DNA of 32,000 nucleotides, from contig NZ_BCZP01000034.1 of assembly GCF_001598795.1 (NCBI RefSeq), positions 10,911-42,910 of the forward strand, in the 5' to 3' direction. This document shows, piece by piece, positions 23,130 to 31,767 of this stretch. The first letter of the stretch is position 1; every line of letters starts with the position of its first letter. Origin of the DNA: Delftia acidovorans NBRC 14950. GTDB lineage: Bacteria > Pseudomonadota > Gammaproteobacteria > Burkholderiales > Burkholderiaceae_C. The translations under genes and the position numbers were made by a program. The notes under the pieces were generated by a model that was not told the origin of the DNA, ran no database searches, and worked only from the letters and a program-made list of their open reading frames with translations.

Positions 23130-24659
23130 ATGACAGACAAGCGCGCGGCCACGCAGCCGCAACCGCCCGAGGGCGCCATGTGGGGGCAGCTGTTTCGCCG
23201 CAGCGCCCGCCCCTCCCTGAGCCTGCAGGGCCAGATCCGCGAGATGCTGGTCGATGCCATCCTCTCGGGCATCCTCGCACCCGGCGAATCCATTCCCTCC
23301 AGCCGCGAGCTGGCGCGCCACCTGGGCGTGGCACGCATCACCGTCGTGCTGGCCTACCAGCAGCTGGCCGAGGAAGCCTTTTTGCTGAGCCGCCAGCGCA
23401 AGGGCCACTTCATCCATCCCGACGTACTCAAGGGGCGCACGCCGGGCGGCGCTGCGGCCAGCAGCCCCCCTGGCGAAGGCCGCCGCACCGACTGGTCGCG
23501 GCGCCTGTGGCTGCTGCCCAGCCAGCAGCGCAGCATCGTCAAGGAAGAGGACTGGCAGCGCTACCCCTATCCCTTCCTGTACGGCCAGTTCGACAAGGAG
23601 CTGTTTCCCACGGCCGCCTGGCGCGAATGCTGCCTCAAGGCCCTGGGCGTGCTGGACATACGCCAGTGGGCGCCCGACCAGATCGCGCGCGACGACGAGA
23701 TGCTGATCCAGCAGGTGCAGACCAAGATCCTGCCCAGGCGCGGCGTCTGGGCCTCGGCCGACGAGCTGATCATTACCGTGGGTGCACAGCACGCCCTCTA
23801 CATGGTGGCAGACCTGCTGATGCGCGAGGGCACGGCCGTGGGCATCGAGGAGCCCGGCTACCCCGACGCGCGCAACATCTTCAGCAGCCGCACCTCCCAG
23901 GTCATCCCGCTGCCGGTGGACGGCCAGGGCCTGCCGGTCACGCCGCTGCTGCGCCAGCTCGACTACCTCTACGTGACCCCCAGCCACCAATGCCCCACGG
24001 GCGTGACCATGCCGCTGGCGCGGCGCGAGGCGCTGCTGGAGATGGCCGAGGCGCACGACATCATCCTCATCGAGGACGACTACGAGAGCGAGAGCAGCTT
24101 CGACGGCCAGCCCATTCCGGCGCTCAAGAGCCTGGACCGCAGCAACCGCGTGATCTACGTGGGCAGCCTGTCCAAGAGCCTGGCGCCGGGCCTGCGCGTG
24201 GGCTACATCGTGGCCGCGCCCGAGCTGATACGCGAGCTGCGCGCGCTGCGCCGGCTCATGATCCGCCACCCGGCCACCTTCGTGCAGCGCACGCTGGCCA
24301 TGTTCATCTCCCTGGGCCACTACGAGGCCCAGCAGCGGCGACTGGCACAGGCGCAGAAGGAGCGGCACGCGGCCCTTACGGCCGCCATGGCCGAGCATGC
24401 CCCCGGCTGCCGCATCACGCCCGTGCGCGGCGGCGGCTCGTGCTGGGTGCAGTTGCCCGACCACATTCCGGTCGATGCCCTGGCGCAGCGCGCCGCAGCG
24501 CATGGCGTGCTCATCGAGCCCGGCGATGTGTTCTTCGCCCGGCCGGGCACGCCCGGCAGCTTCATGCGCATGGGCTACCAATCCATACCCGCCAACGACA
24601 TCGGCCAGGGCGTTAAGGCCCTGGCCGATGCGATCCGTGAGGAGCAGCCCGAGAAGTAA
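23130..24659 (+). CDS. MocR/GabR-subfamily GntR regulator (wHTH fused to a fold-type-I aminotransferase-like PLP domain)
   Basis: wHTH: LQGQIREMLVDAILSGILAPGESIPSSRELARHLGVARITVVLAYQQLAEE. Aminotransferase-like domain with YVTPSHQCPTGVTM and the PLP-Lys motif VGSLSKSLAPGLRVGY. The start is either ATG 23130 or ATG 23178 (the latter preceded by GAGGG). Confidence 0.85.
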   Translation: MTDKRAATQPQPPEGAMWGQLFRRSARPSLSLQGQIREMLVDAILSGILAPGESIPSSRELARHLGVARITVVLAYQQLAEEAFLLSRQRKGHFIHPDVLKGRTPGGAAASSPPGEGRRTDWSRRLWLLPSQQRSIVKEEDWQRYPYPFLYGQFDKELFPTAAWRECCLKALGVLDIRQWAPDQIARDDEMLIQQVQTKILPRRGVWASADELIITVGAQHALYMVADLLMREGTAVGIEEPGYPDARNIFSSRTSQVIPLPVDGQGLPVTPLLRQLDYLYVTPSHQCPTGVTMPLARREALLEMAEAHDIILIEDDYESESSFDGQPIPALKSLDRSNRVIYVGSLSKSLAPGLRVGYIVAAPELIRELRALRRLMIRHPATFVQRTLAMFISLGHYEAQQRRLAQAQKERHAALTAAMAEHAPGCRITPVRGGGSCWVQLPDHIPVDALAQRAAAHGVLIEPGDVFFARPGTPGSFMRMGYQSIPANDIGQGVKALADAIREEQPEK

Positions 24660-24672
24660 CGCAAGGAGTGGC

Positions 24673-24695
24673 CGGGACCGGCCCTGCCGGTCCCG
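24673..24695. terminator. GC hairpin between the convergent MocR and permease genes (no T-tract)
   Basis: CGGGACCGGC-cct-GCCGGTCCCG (10-bp stem). Confidence 0.4.
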
Positions 24696-24706
24696 TCGCC
24701 CCTGGG

Positions 24707-26149
24707 TCAGTACTTCTGCGGCTCGGGCTGCGCGGCCTCGGACAGCGAGGACACCACCGGCGCCACGCCACGCTGCAGGAACTGCCGCACGCCATAGGCC
24801 AGCAACAGGATGCACAGGCTGGCCACGCCCAGCGCCAGCGGTGTGCGCTGCTCGGGGATGAATGCCATGGCGATGACGATGGACAGCATGCCGAAGATGG
24901 CGAACCAGGTCAGGTACGGATAGCACCACATGCGCACCTTGAGCAGGTGCGGCGCCTCACGCTCCAGGCGGGAGCGCAGGCGCAGCTGCGAGATGGCGAT
25001 CAGGATGTAGACGAAGATCGCCACCGTGCCGTAGGAATTGACCAGGAAGGCGAACACCTTGTCGGGCGACACATAGGACATCACCACGGCGCCGTAGCCG
25101 AACACCGTGGCCACCAGGATGGCGCGCGTGGGCACGCCGTTGCGGCTGACCTTGGCCAGCGCCTGGGGCGCATCGCCGCGCCGCGTCAGCGCGAACAGCA
25201 TGCGCGAGGATGCATACAGCCCCGAGTTCAGCGCCGACAGCACGGCCGTCAGCACGATGGCGTTCATGATCTGCGCGGCAGCGGGCACGCCCATGGTGTT
25301 CAGTGCGCTCACATACGGCGTGGCGATGCCAACCGCATTCCAGGGCACCAGGCAGGCCACCAGGAAGATGGAGCCCACATAGAACACCAGCACGCGCGTG
25401 ATCACCGAGCTGGTGGCCTTGGCCACGGCCTTCTGCGGCTCGGCCGTTTCAGCCGCCGCAATGGTCACGATTTCGGCGCCGAAGTAAAAGCCCGTGGCCG
25501 CCACGGCCCCGGTCAGCACCGGCACGATGCCGTTGGGCATGAAGCCGCCATTGCCGGTGAGGTTGCCGAAGTGCATGCCCTGCGACGCAGGCGTCAGGCC
25601 CAGCACGTAGACGCCGGCCACGAACAGGAAGACCACGATGGCCGCCACCTTGATGGAGGCGAACCAGAACTCGAACTCGCCAAAGGACTTCACCGAGACC
25701 AGGTTGGTCAGCGTCAGCATCACCAGCAGCACCAGGCTGATGCTCCAGTTGGGGACATCGGGCAGCCAGTAGCGCACCAGGTCGGCACCGGCCACGGCCT
25801 CCAGCGCCACGACGATGACCCAGAAGTACCAGTACATCCAGCCCGTCAGAAAGCCTGCCAGCCGGCCCACGCCGGGGCGGTCGCGCCAGGCCTCTCGCGC
25901 ATATTCGTAGAAGGACCCTCCGCCGGGCATGGAGCAGGCCAGCTCGCCCAGCATGCGCATGACGAGCACCACGAGCAGGCCCGTGATGAGGAAGGAAAGA
26001 ATCGCGGCCGGCCCGGCCGACTTGATGACGACGCCGCTGCCCACGAACAGCCCGGCGCCGATGACGCCGCCCAGGGCGATCATGGTCATGTGCCGCTGTT
26101 TGAGCCCGTGTGAAAGCCCCGGCGAAGAGGCTTGCTGATGTCCGATCAT
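24707..26149 (-). CDS. APC-superfamily amino-acid permease, GABA permease (GabP)-like, 480 aa
   Basis: LKQRHMTMIALGGVIGAGLFVGSG...GLLVVLVMRMLGEL...GGGSFYEYA...GWMYWYFWVIVVALEA closely follows the AAT-family/GabP N-terminal pattern. 12 TM segments. The start at MIGHQQ (CAT 26147-26149) has SD GGAGA. Confidence 0.85.
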   Translation of the reverse strand: MIGHQQASSPGLSHGLKQRHMTMIALGGVIGAGLFVGSGVVIKSAGPAAILSFLITGLLVVLVMRMLGELACSMPGGGSFYEYAREAWRDRPGVGRLAGFLTGWMYWYFWVIVVALEAVAGADLVRYWLPDVPNWSISLVLLVMLTLTNLVSVKSFGEFEFWFASIKVAAIVVFLFVAGVYVLGLTPASQGMHFGNLTGNGGFMPNGIVPVLTGAVAATGFYFGAEIVTIAAAETAEPQKAVAKATSSVITRVLVFYVGSIFLVACLVPWNAVGIATPYVSALNTMGVPAAAQIMNAIVLTAVLSALNSGLYASSRMLFALTRRGDAPQALAKVSRNGVPTRAILVATVFGYGAVVMSYVSPDKVFAFLVNSYGTVAIFVYILIAISQLRLRSRLEREAPHLLKVRMWCYPYLTWFAIFGMLSIVIAMAFIPEQRTPLALGVASLCILLLAYGVRQFLQRGVAPVVSSLSEAAQPEPQKY

Positions 26150-26273
26150 GTCTTGTCTCCTGTTGCGTTCAGGCGCCACGGCTGATGCTCTGTTGTGGTG
26201 GCTGCGCAGGTGCGCGCCTTGCCGTGGCGTATCCGGTGTTCCCGGTGGCACGAGGCCGCAAGGCCCCGCGCCG

Positions 26274-26672
26274 TCAGGCGGCCGCCACCGGCGGGCGGTC
26301 CTTGCGGAAGGCGTTCTTCACGGCGATCTTTCCGTCCTTGAAGGTGAAGACGTCCACCATGCGCGCTTCCACGCGCAGGCCGTCGGCCTTGGTGCCCTTG
26401 AAGGTGCTCTCGGACACGCCACGGTCGCCCTGCACGAAATGGTCTCCATCGAGCCAGGCCGCATCGGGGAAGGCCTGCCAGGCCATCTGAAAGCCCTCGC
26501 GCACCGCCTGGCGGCCGACGAAGCTGCGGCCCATGAGATCGGGTCCGGCCACGGCGTGGAACTCGCATTCATCGGCCATGAAGCCCATCAGGGCCTCGAT
26601 GTCGTGGCGGTTCCAGGCCTCGGCGAAGCGGGCCAGGAACTGGGCATCCGGAGGGTTGGTGTCTGCGCTCAT
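26274..26672 (-). CDS. SnoaL-like / NTF2-fold protein, 132 aa
   Basis: FLARFAEAWNRHDIEALMGFMADECEF ... VDVFTFKDGKIAVKNAF is the typical SnoaL/NTF2-like pattern. SD AGGAGA lies before the ATG. Confidence 0.7.
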   Translation of the reverse strand: MSADTNPPDAQFLARFAEAWNRHDIEALMGFMADECEFHAVAGPDLMGRSFVGRQAVREGFQMAWQAFPDAAWLDGDHFVQGDRGVSESTFKGTKADGLRVEARMVDVFTFKDGKIAVKNAFRKDRPPVAAA

Positions 26673-27007
26673 GCTGTCTCCTTGTCTGTGGTGGGTACCA
26701 CGGCGCCGGGCCCCGGGCAGGGCCGCCGCGCCGCGTCATCGAAATGTCGATGGGCCATGGTAGGTAGCAGGCACACGGACCCGTTAGAACCAGATGCCAT
26801 CAATCGTTAGGTCCAGGCGCGCGCACCGGCCGCCACTGGCTCTATCGAAAGCTGGGCTGTGGCGCTAACTGGCTCCATGGCCTGCTGGCTATGCTGATTC
26901 CATCGTCGGCGCACCGCCTTGCAGGGCTCGCCGGCATTGGCCCCATTCCACCGAATCCATAGCAAAAAGCGGCAGATCCCAAGCCGCCGCACCAGGAGAC
27001 ATCCGCC

Positions 27008-28429
27008 ATGAAAGCCGAGGACATCCGCCCCAGCCACCTGCGTCCCTACGACCCTCAGTACGACCCGCTGGTAGCCGCCAACCCGGGCCACGGCACGGGC
27101 TATGCGCCCACTTACTGGGTCGGCACGGCGGGACGCCCGCCAGACGATGACGGCCCGGTCACCGGCGACATGGACGTGGACGTGGCCATCGTCGGCTCGG
27201 GTTTCACGGGCCTGGCCACGGCCCTGTTCCTGGCGCGCGAGCACGGCATACGCGCCGTGGTGCTGGACGCCAACCAGACCGCCTGGGGCTGCACCAGCCG
27301 CAATGGCGGCCAGGGGCAGAACGCCAGCGGCCGCCTGTACCGCTCGCAGTGGATTGCGCGCTGGGGCAAGGACGTGGCGCTCAAGCTCGACGCCGAGATC
27401 CGCGAGGGCTTCCAGACCTTCAAGGACCTGGTGGCCGAATTCCCCGAGTGCGAGCCCCAGCCTGGTGGCCACCTCTACATCGCCCACCGCGAAAAGAAAC
27501 TCGACTTCCTGCGCAACGAGACCCAGATCATGCGCGAGGTCTTCGGCTACGACGCCCGCATGCTCAGCCCCGAGGAGCTGCGCCGCGACTATGTGAACGA
27601 CGCCGACAGCCACGGCGCCATGCACGAGCCCGACGGCATCGGCGTGCACCCGCTCAAGCTGGCCTTCGGCTACCTGCGCAAGGCGCGGGAGCTGGGCGTC
27701 AAGGTGCACCCGGCCAGTCCGGTGCTGGGTGTCGAGACGCGAAACGGCGTGCACCACCTGCGCACGCCCGGCGGCACCGTGCGGGCGCGCGCCGTGGGCT
27801 TTGCCACGGGCGGCTACACCAGCAACGCCCTGCATGGCAGCCTGCGCTCCAAGATCATGCCCATCCTCTCGAACTCGCTGGTCACGCGGCCGCTGACCGA
27901 GCAGGAGCTGGAGGCCACGGGCTTCAAGACCACCCAGGTCATCACCGATACGCGCACGCTGCGCTTTTACTACCGCCGCCTGCCCGACAACCGCGTGCAG
28001 ATCGGCAGCCGCAGCGCCGTCACGGGCGCCGATGCGCCCAACCCCATCCACATGGCCAAGCTGGTGGACGGCCTGCACCGCAAGTTCCCGGCGCTCAAGG
28101 GCATCACCATCGACTACTCCTGGTGGGGCTGGGTCGATGTGAGCCACGACATGATGCCGCGCGTCTTCCAGCCCGATCCGGCCCAGAGCATCTTCTACGC
28201 CGTGGGCTATGGCGGCAACGGCGTCTCCTTCTCGGCCCACGCGGGCCGGCGCATGGCCGAGCGCATCGCGGGGCGCCAGAGCAAGACCTTCGAGCTGCCC
28301 ATCTACAACTCGGAGCTGGAGTATCCGAACGTCTTCAACATGGTGCGCTCGCCCGCGTTTGCGCCGTTTCGCCGGCTGGGGCAGCGGTTCCTGTACCACT
28401 GGTACTACATGCGCGACGAAAAGCTCTGA
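27008..28429 (+). CDS. FAD-dependent oxidoreductase (DAO family; gamma-glutamylputrescine-oxidase/amine-oxidase-like), 473 aa
   Basis: DVAIVGSGFTGLATAL dinucleotide-binding motif. DAO-family length and the C-terminal GYGGNGVSFS motif. SD AGGAGA lies before the ATG. Confidence 0.8.
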   Translation: MKAEDIRPSHLRPYDPQYDPLVAANPGHGTGYAPTYWVGTAGRPPDDDGPVTGDMDVDVAIVGSGFTGLATALFLAREHGIRAVVLDANQTAWGCTSRNGGQGQNASGRLYRSQWIARWGKDVALKLDAEIREGFQTFKDLVAEFPECEPQPGGHLYIAHREKKLDFLRNETQIMREVFGYDARMLSPEELRRDYVNDADSHGAMHEPDGIGVHPLKLAFGYLRKARELGVKVHPASPVLGVETRNGVHHLRTPGGTVRARAVGFATGGYTSNALHGSLRSKIMPILSNSLVTRPLTEQELEATGFKTTQVITDTRTLRFYYRRLPDNRVQIGSRSAVTGADAPNPIHMAKLVDGLHRKFPALKGITIDYSWWGWVDVSHDMMPRVFQPDPAQSIFYAVGYGGNGVSFSAHAGRRMAERIAGRQSKTFELPIYNSELEYPNVFNMVRSPAFAPFRRLGQRFLYHWYYMRDEKL

Positions 28430-28450
28430 ACCCCAACCGATTGCTGCTTG

Positions 28451-28483
28451 GGCCGGCCTCCTGCAGGGGGCCGGCCTTTTTTT
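28451..28483 (+). terminator. Rho-independent terminator after the FAD oxidoreductase gene (hairpin also usable by the convergent trHb gene)
   Basis: GGCCGGCCTCC-tgca-GGGGGCCGGCC followed by TTTTTTT. Confidence 0.8.
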
Positions 28484-28508
28484 CAGCAGCGCCGGGGGCA
28501 GCCAGCTG

Positions 28509-28910
28509 CTACCGGTTCCGCATCCAGTCGGCCGTGTTCATGAAGCTGGCCTTGAGGCGCACGCGCAAATCCTCGGGCACGCCGGTCTCGCCCATGGCCT
28601 GGTCCATGCAGGCCACCCACTGGTCGCGTTCCAGGATGCCTATGGAAAACGGCATGTGGCGCATGCGCAGGCGCGGATGGCCGAAGCGTTCCTGGTAATG
28701 GTCGGGGCCGCCCAGCCAGCCGCACAGGAACCAGAACAGCTTCTGGCGCGCATCGGCCAGGGTGCTGCCGTGGGCGGCACGCAGTGCGGCATAGCCGGGC
28801 TCCAGGTCCATCAGATCGTAGAAACGGTCCACCAGGGCCTGCACCCTGGGCTCGCCGCCGATCCATTCATAGGGGGTCTGGGGGGCGTTGTTCTGGGATT
28901 CCTCTGACAT
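28509..28910 (-). CDS. Group-II truncated haemoglobin (trHbO/GlbO-like), 133 aa
   Basis: YEWIGGEPRVQALVDRFYDLM...KLFWFLCGWLGGPDHYQERFGHPRLRMRHMPFSIGILERDQW matches the 2-on-2 globin group II pattern, including the proximal His in RMRHMPF. Confidence 0.85.
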   Translation of the reverse strand: MSEESQNNAPQTPYEWIGGEPRVQALVDRFYDLMDLEPGYAALRAAHGSTLADARQKLFWFLCGWLGGPDHYQERFGHPRLRMRHMPFSIGILERDQWVACMDQAMGETGVPEDLRVRLKASFMNTADWMRNR

Positions 28911-28949
28911 GGCGAAAAGCGGCTGGCGGCTGAGTGAAACCCGCGATTG

Positions 28950-30569
28950 TCAGGCATGTGCCATGTCCGTGCCCGTACCGGTATCCGTGGGGGCCCCGGC
29001 ACGCAGGAACCCGTACACCGCCAGCGCCGTGAGCACCGTGATGCCCGCCAGCACATCCAGCAAGATGCCAAAGGCCTGGCCATAGGCCGCCAGCACGGCG
29101 GGTGCAGACAGGCCGGGCAGCAGGGCCATGGCCTCGGCGATGTTCCCCGTCACCAGCAACTGCGCCGCGCGGCCGGTGGCATGCACCGCCTGCATCGCCT
29201 GGGGCGCCTGGGGCGCCTGAGCTGCCAGGGCCGACAGACGCCATGCCAGCAATGCAGCCAGCCCCGCGCCCACCAGCGCCAGCGCCATGCCCTCGCCCGC
29301 CACGCGCACCGTGCTGAAAATGCCCGTGGCCATGCCGGCGCGCTCGCTGGGCACCACGCTCACGGCCAGGCCATCCATCAAGCCCCAGGGCAGCCCGATG
29401 CCCAGGCCAATCAGCAGCAGCGGGGGCGCCATCTGAACAAAAGCCGTGCCCGGCGCGCACCCGCCCAGCCACAGCAGGCCCGCCGCGCATACCAGCAACC
29501 CCGCCAGGCACAGCAGCGCGGCCGAAACCCAGCGCGTGAGCCAGCCCGCCAGCAACGGCACGAACAGCATGGGCAGGGACAGCACAAACATCAGCTGCCC
29601 CGCCTGCAGCGGCGCCATGCCCTCCACGCCGATGAAGCGCACCGGCAGCAGCACCAGCAGCACCACGAAGGCATAGGCCGGCGCACCCGCCAGCAACTGC
29701 ACGCCCACGAAACGCGGATAGCGAAACAGCGACAGGTCCAGCATGGGCTGCCCCGTGCGCTGCTGCACGCGCCGCTCCACGGCCACAAAGGCCGCCAGCG
29801 CCAGCGCGGCACCGGCCAGCGGCAGCAGCGCCGCCCCGCTGGACCAGCCCGCCTCCGGCCCCTGCAGCACGCCCCAGGTCAGCAGCGCCAGGGCTGCGGT
29901 GAACAGCAGCGCACCGGCCCGGTCCAGCCGCTGCGCCTTCGGGTTGCGCGACTGAGGCATGCAGCGCAGCCCCAGCACCAGCGCGGCCAGCGCCACGGCG
30001 GCCACGCAAAGCACCACGCCGCGCCAGCCCGCCACGCCCAGCAACCAGCCCGACAGCAACGGCCCGAAGGCCAGGCCCACGCCGAACGACGTGCCCACGC
30101 CACTGAAGGCACGCATGCGCGCCGTCCCGTCGAACACCTGGGCCAGCGCCGCCGTGCCGCCCGCCAGCGCGGCCGCCGCACCCAGGCCCTGCAACGCACG
30201 CAGCAGGTTGAACACGACAATGGCCCCCCGCCCGCCCAGGCAGGCCTGGGCCAGCGCACTGAGCAGCACCACGCCCAGCCCGGTCAGGAAAACGCGCCGC
30301 CGCCCGTGCAGATCGGCCAGCGCGCCGGCCGCCATCAGCGTGGCGCCAAAGCTCAGCATGAAGGCATTCGTCACCCAGTTGAGCGCCAGCGGCCCGCCGC
30401 CCAGCGCCTCGCGCAGCGCAGACAGGGCCACGGCCGGCCCGGTAAAGCTCAGCGGCATCGCCAGCGCCGCAAGGCACACCGACAACAGCACCCAGACCGG
30501 GGACGCATGCGGTCGCGCTGTGCCGTGGAGCGCACCCGGTGCGCGGGAAGAAGTCAGGCAGGAGGACAT
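28950..30569 (-). CDS. MFS transporter (DHA2/EmrB-like, about 14 TM), 539 aa
   Basis: MFS motif A-like GALADLHGRRRVFLTG. Many Ala/Leu/Gly-rich TM segments. The start is uncertain (ATG at 30569 or 30605). The rest of ORF 28950..30998 overlaps the divergent LysR gene and is not coding. Confidence 0.8.
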   Translation of the reverse strand: MSSCLTSSRAPGALHGTARPHASPVWVLLSVCLAALAMPLSFTGPAVALSALREALGGGPLALNWVTNAFMLSFGATLMAAGALADLHGRRRVFLTGLGVVLLSALAQACLGGRGAIVVFNLLRALQGLGAAAALAGGTAALAQVFDGTARMRAFSGVGTSFGVGLAFGPLLSGWLLGVAGWRGVVLCVAAVALAALVLGLRCMPQSRNPKAQRLDRAGALLFTAALALLTWGVLQGPEAGWSSGAALLPLAGAALALAAFVAVERRVQQRTGQPMLDLSLFRYPRFVGVQLLAGAPAYAFVVLLVLLPVRFIGVEGMAPLQAGQLMFVLSLPMLFVPLLAGWLTRWVSAALLCLAGLLVCAAGLLWLGGCAPGTAFVQMAPPLLLIGLGIGLPWGLMDGLAVSVVPSERAGMATGIFSTVRVAGEGMALALVGAGLAALLAWRLSALAAQAPQAPQAMQAVHATGRAAQLLVTGNIAEAMALLPGLSAPAVLAAYGQAFGILLDVLAGITVLTALAVYGFLRAGAPTDTGTGTDMAHA

Positions 30570-30696
30570 GGTTGGCAAGGCTTTCGCAATTTCCCGGCCG
30601 CACATGGCCAAGCATGCATGAACGATAAAAGCGCTGCAATGCCGTGAAAATAGGCGCCAGACTCCCCACACTCCCAACCCCAGGTTGGCAATCGAC

Positions 30697-31578
30697 ATGG
30701 ACAGCTTCAGCGGACTCGAATCCTTTGTGCGTGCAGCCGACCTGCTGAGCTTTGCCGAGGCCGGGCGCGCCCTGGGCATCTCGGCCTCGGCCGTAGGCAA
30801 GAACGTGGCACGGCTGGAACAGCAACTGGGCCTGCGCCTGTTCCAGCGCACCACGCGCCAGGTACGCCTCACGCAGGAAGGCGCGCTGTTCCATGAGCGC
30901 TGCCGCCGCATCCTGGATGAACTGCACGATGCGCGCGCCACCATGCAGGCCGCCGCCGAGGCGCCGCGCGGACGGCTGCGCGTGAGCCTGCCCACCATCG
31001 GCTACCGCTTCCTGCTGCCCGTGCTGCCCGAGTTCCAGGCCCTGTACCCGGAGGTTGACCTGGACCTGGACTTCAACGACCACCTGGTGGACGTGGTCGA
31101 GGCCGGCCTGGACGTGGTCATCCGCAGCGGCGAACTGGCCGACTCGCGCCTGGTCGCGCGCCGGCTGGGGCCGTTCCGCTTCATCCTGGCCGGCTCGCCC
31201 GACTACCTGGCGGCACGGGGCATTCCGCAATCCCCCGCCGAACTGGCACAGCACAGCTGCCTGCGCTACCGCTTCCTGAGCAGCGGCAAGCTGGAGGAAT
31301 GGGTGCTGCCCGGCATGCCGCCCCACCTGCCCGCCGCCCTGGTCTGCAACAACATGGAAGCCATGCTGGGCGCGGCCGTGGCGGGCATGGGGCTGGCCTA
31401 TATGCCCGACTTCCTGGCGCGGGATGCACTGGGGCGTGGCGAACTGCAGCGGGTGCTGGCGGAGGACCTGACGCACACGGGGCAGTTTTCGGCGCTGTGG
31501 GCGTCGAGTCGGCAGTTGTCGCCTAAGGTGAGGGCGTTTGTGGATTTTGTGGGGGGGAGGTTGTTCAAGGAGTCTTGA
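30697..31578 (+). CDS. LysR-family transcriptional regulator, 293 aa
   Basis: HTH region MDSFSGLESFVRAADLLSFAEAGRALGISASAVGKNVARLEQQLGLRLFQRTTRQVRLTQEG plus a LysR substrate-binding domain. Divergent from the MFS gene. Confidence 0.9.
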   Translation: MDSFSGLESFVRAADLLSFAEAGRALGISASAVGKNVARLEQQLGLRLFQRTTRQVRLTQEGALFHERCRRILDELHDARATMQAAAEAPRGRLRVSLPTIGYRFLLPVLPEFQALYPEVDLDLDFNDHLVDVVEAGLDVVIRSGELADSRLVARRLGPFRFILAGSPDYLAARGIPQSPAELAQHSCLRYRFLSSGKLEEWVLPGMPPHLPAALVCNNMEAMLGAAVAGMGLAYMPDFLARDALGRGELQRVLAEDLTHTGQFSALWASSRQLSPKVRAFVDFVGGRLFKES

Positions 31579-31591
31579 ACACGTCCTTCCT

Positions 31592-31657
31592 CTGCTGTTG
31601 CTCGTTCTTGTCCCTGCTGTTGCTCGTTTCTGCCCCTGGTATTGCTCGTTTCTGCCC
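31592..31657. repeat. Three contiguous 22-bp tandem repeats directly after the LysR stop codon
   Basis: ctgctgttgctcgttcttgtcc / ctgctgttgctcgtttctgccc / ctggtattgctcgtttctgccc. Confidence 0.9.
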
Positions 31658-31705
31658 CTGCCGGGTGGTTGTTTTTCGAGGCCGGGTCTCGGCCCGGCGG
31701 CCGAC

Positions 31706-31737
31706 CTACTTTCCTTTGTTTCGCCAAAGGAAAGTAG
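31706..31737. repeat. Perfect 13-bp inverted repeat (hairpin)
   Basis: CTACTTTCCTTTG-tttcgc-CAAAGGAAAGTAG. Confidence 0.9.
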
Positions 31738-31767
31738 GCAAAGCAAAGGCGACCCGAATGTCCGCGA

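Noticed and set aside
26836-26886. Sigma-54 (-24/-12) promoter candidates TGGCTC-N5-AAAGCT and TGGCTC-N5-CCTGCT upstream of the FAD oxidoreductase
   Set aside because: In both candidates the GC of the -12 element is displaced by one nucleotide from the strict GG-N10-GC spacing. No EBP-type activator is encoded nearby.
31592-31657. Possible CRISPR-like array (three 22-bp repeats)
   Set aside because: The repeats are contiguous with no spacers. They are too short and too few, they are not palindromic, and no cas genes are nearby. It is a plain tandem repeat.
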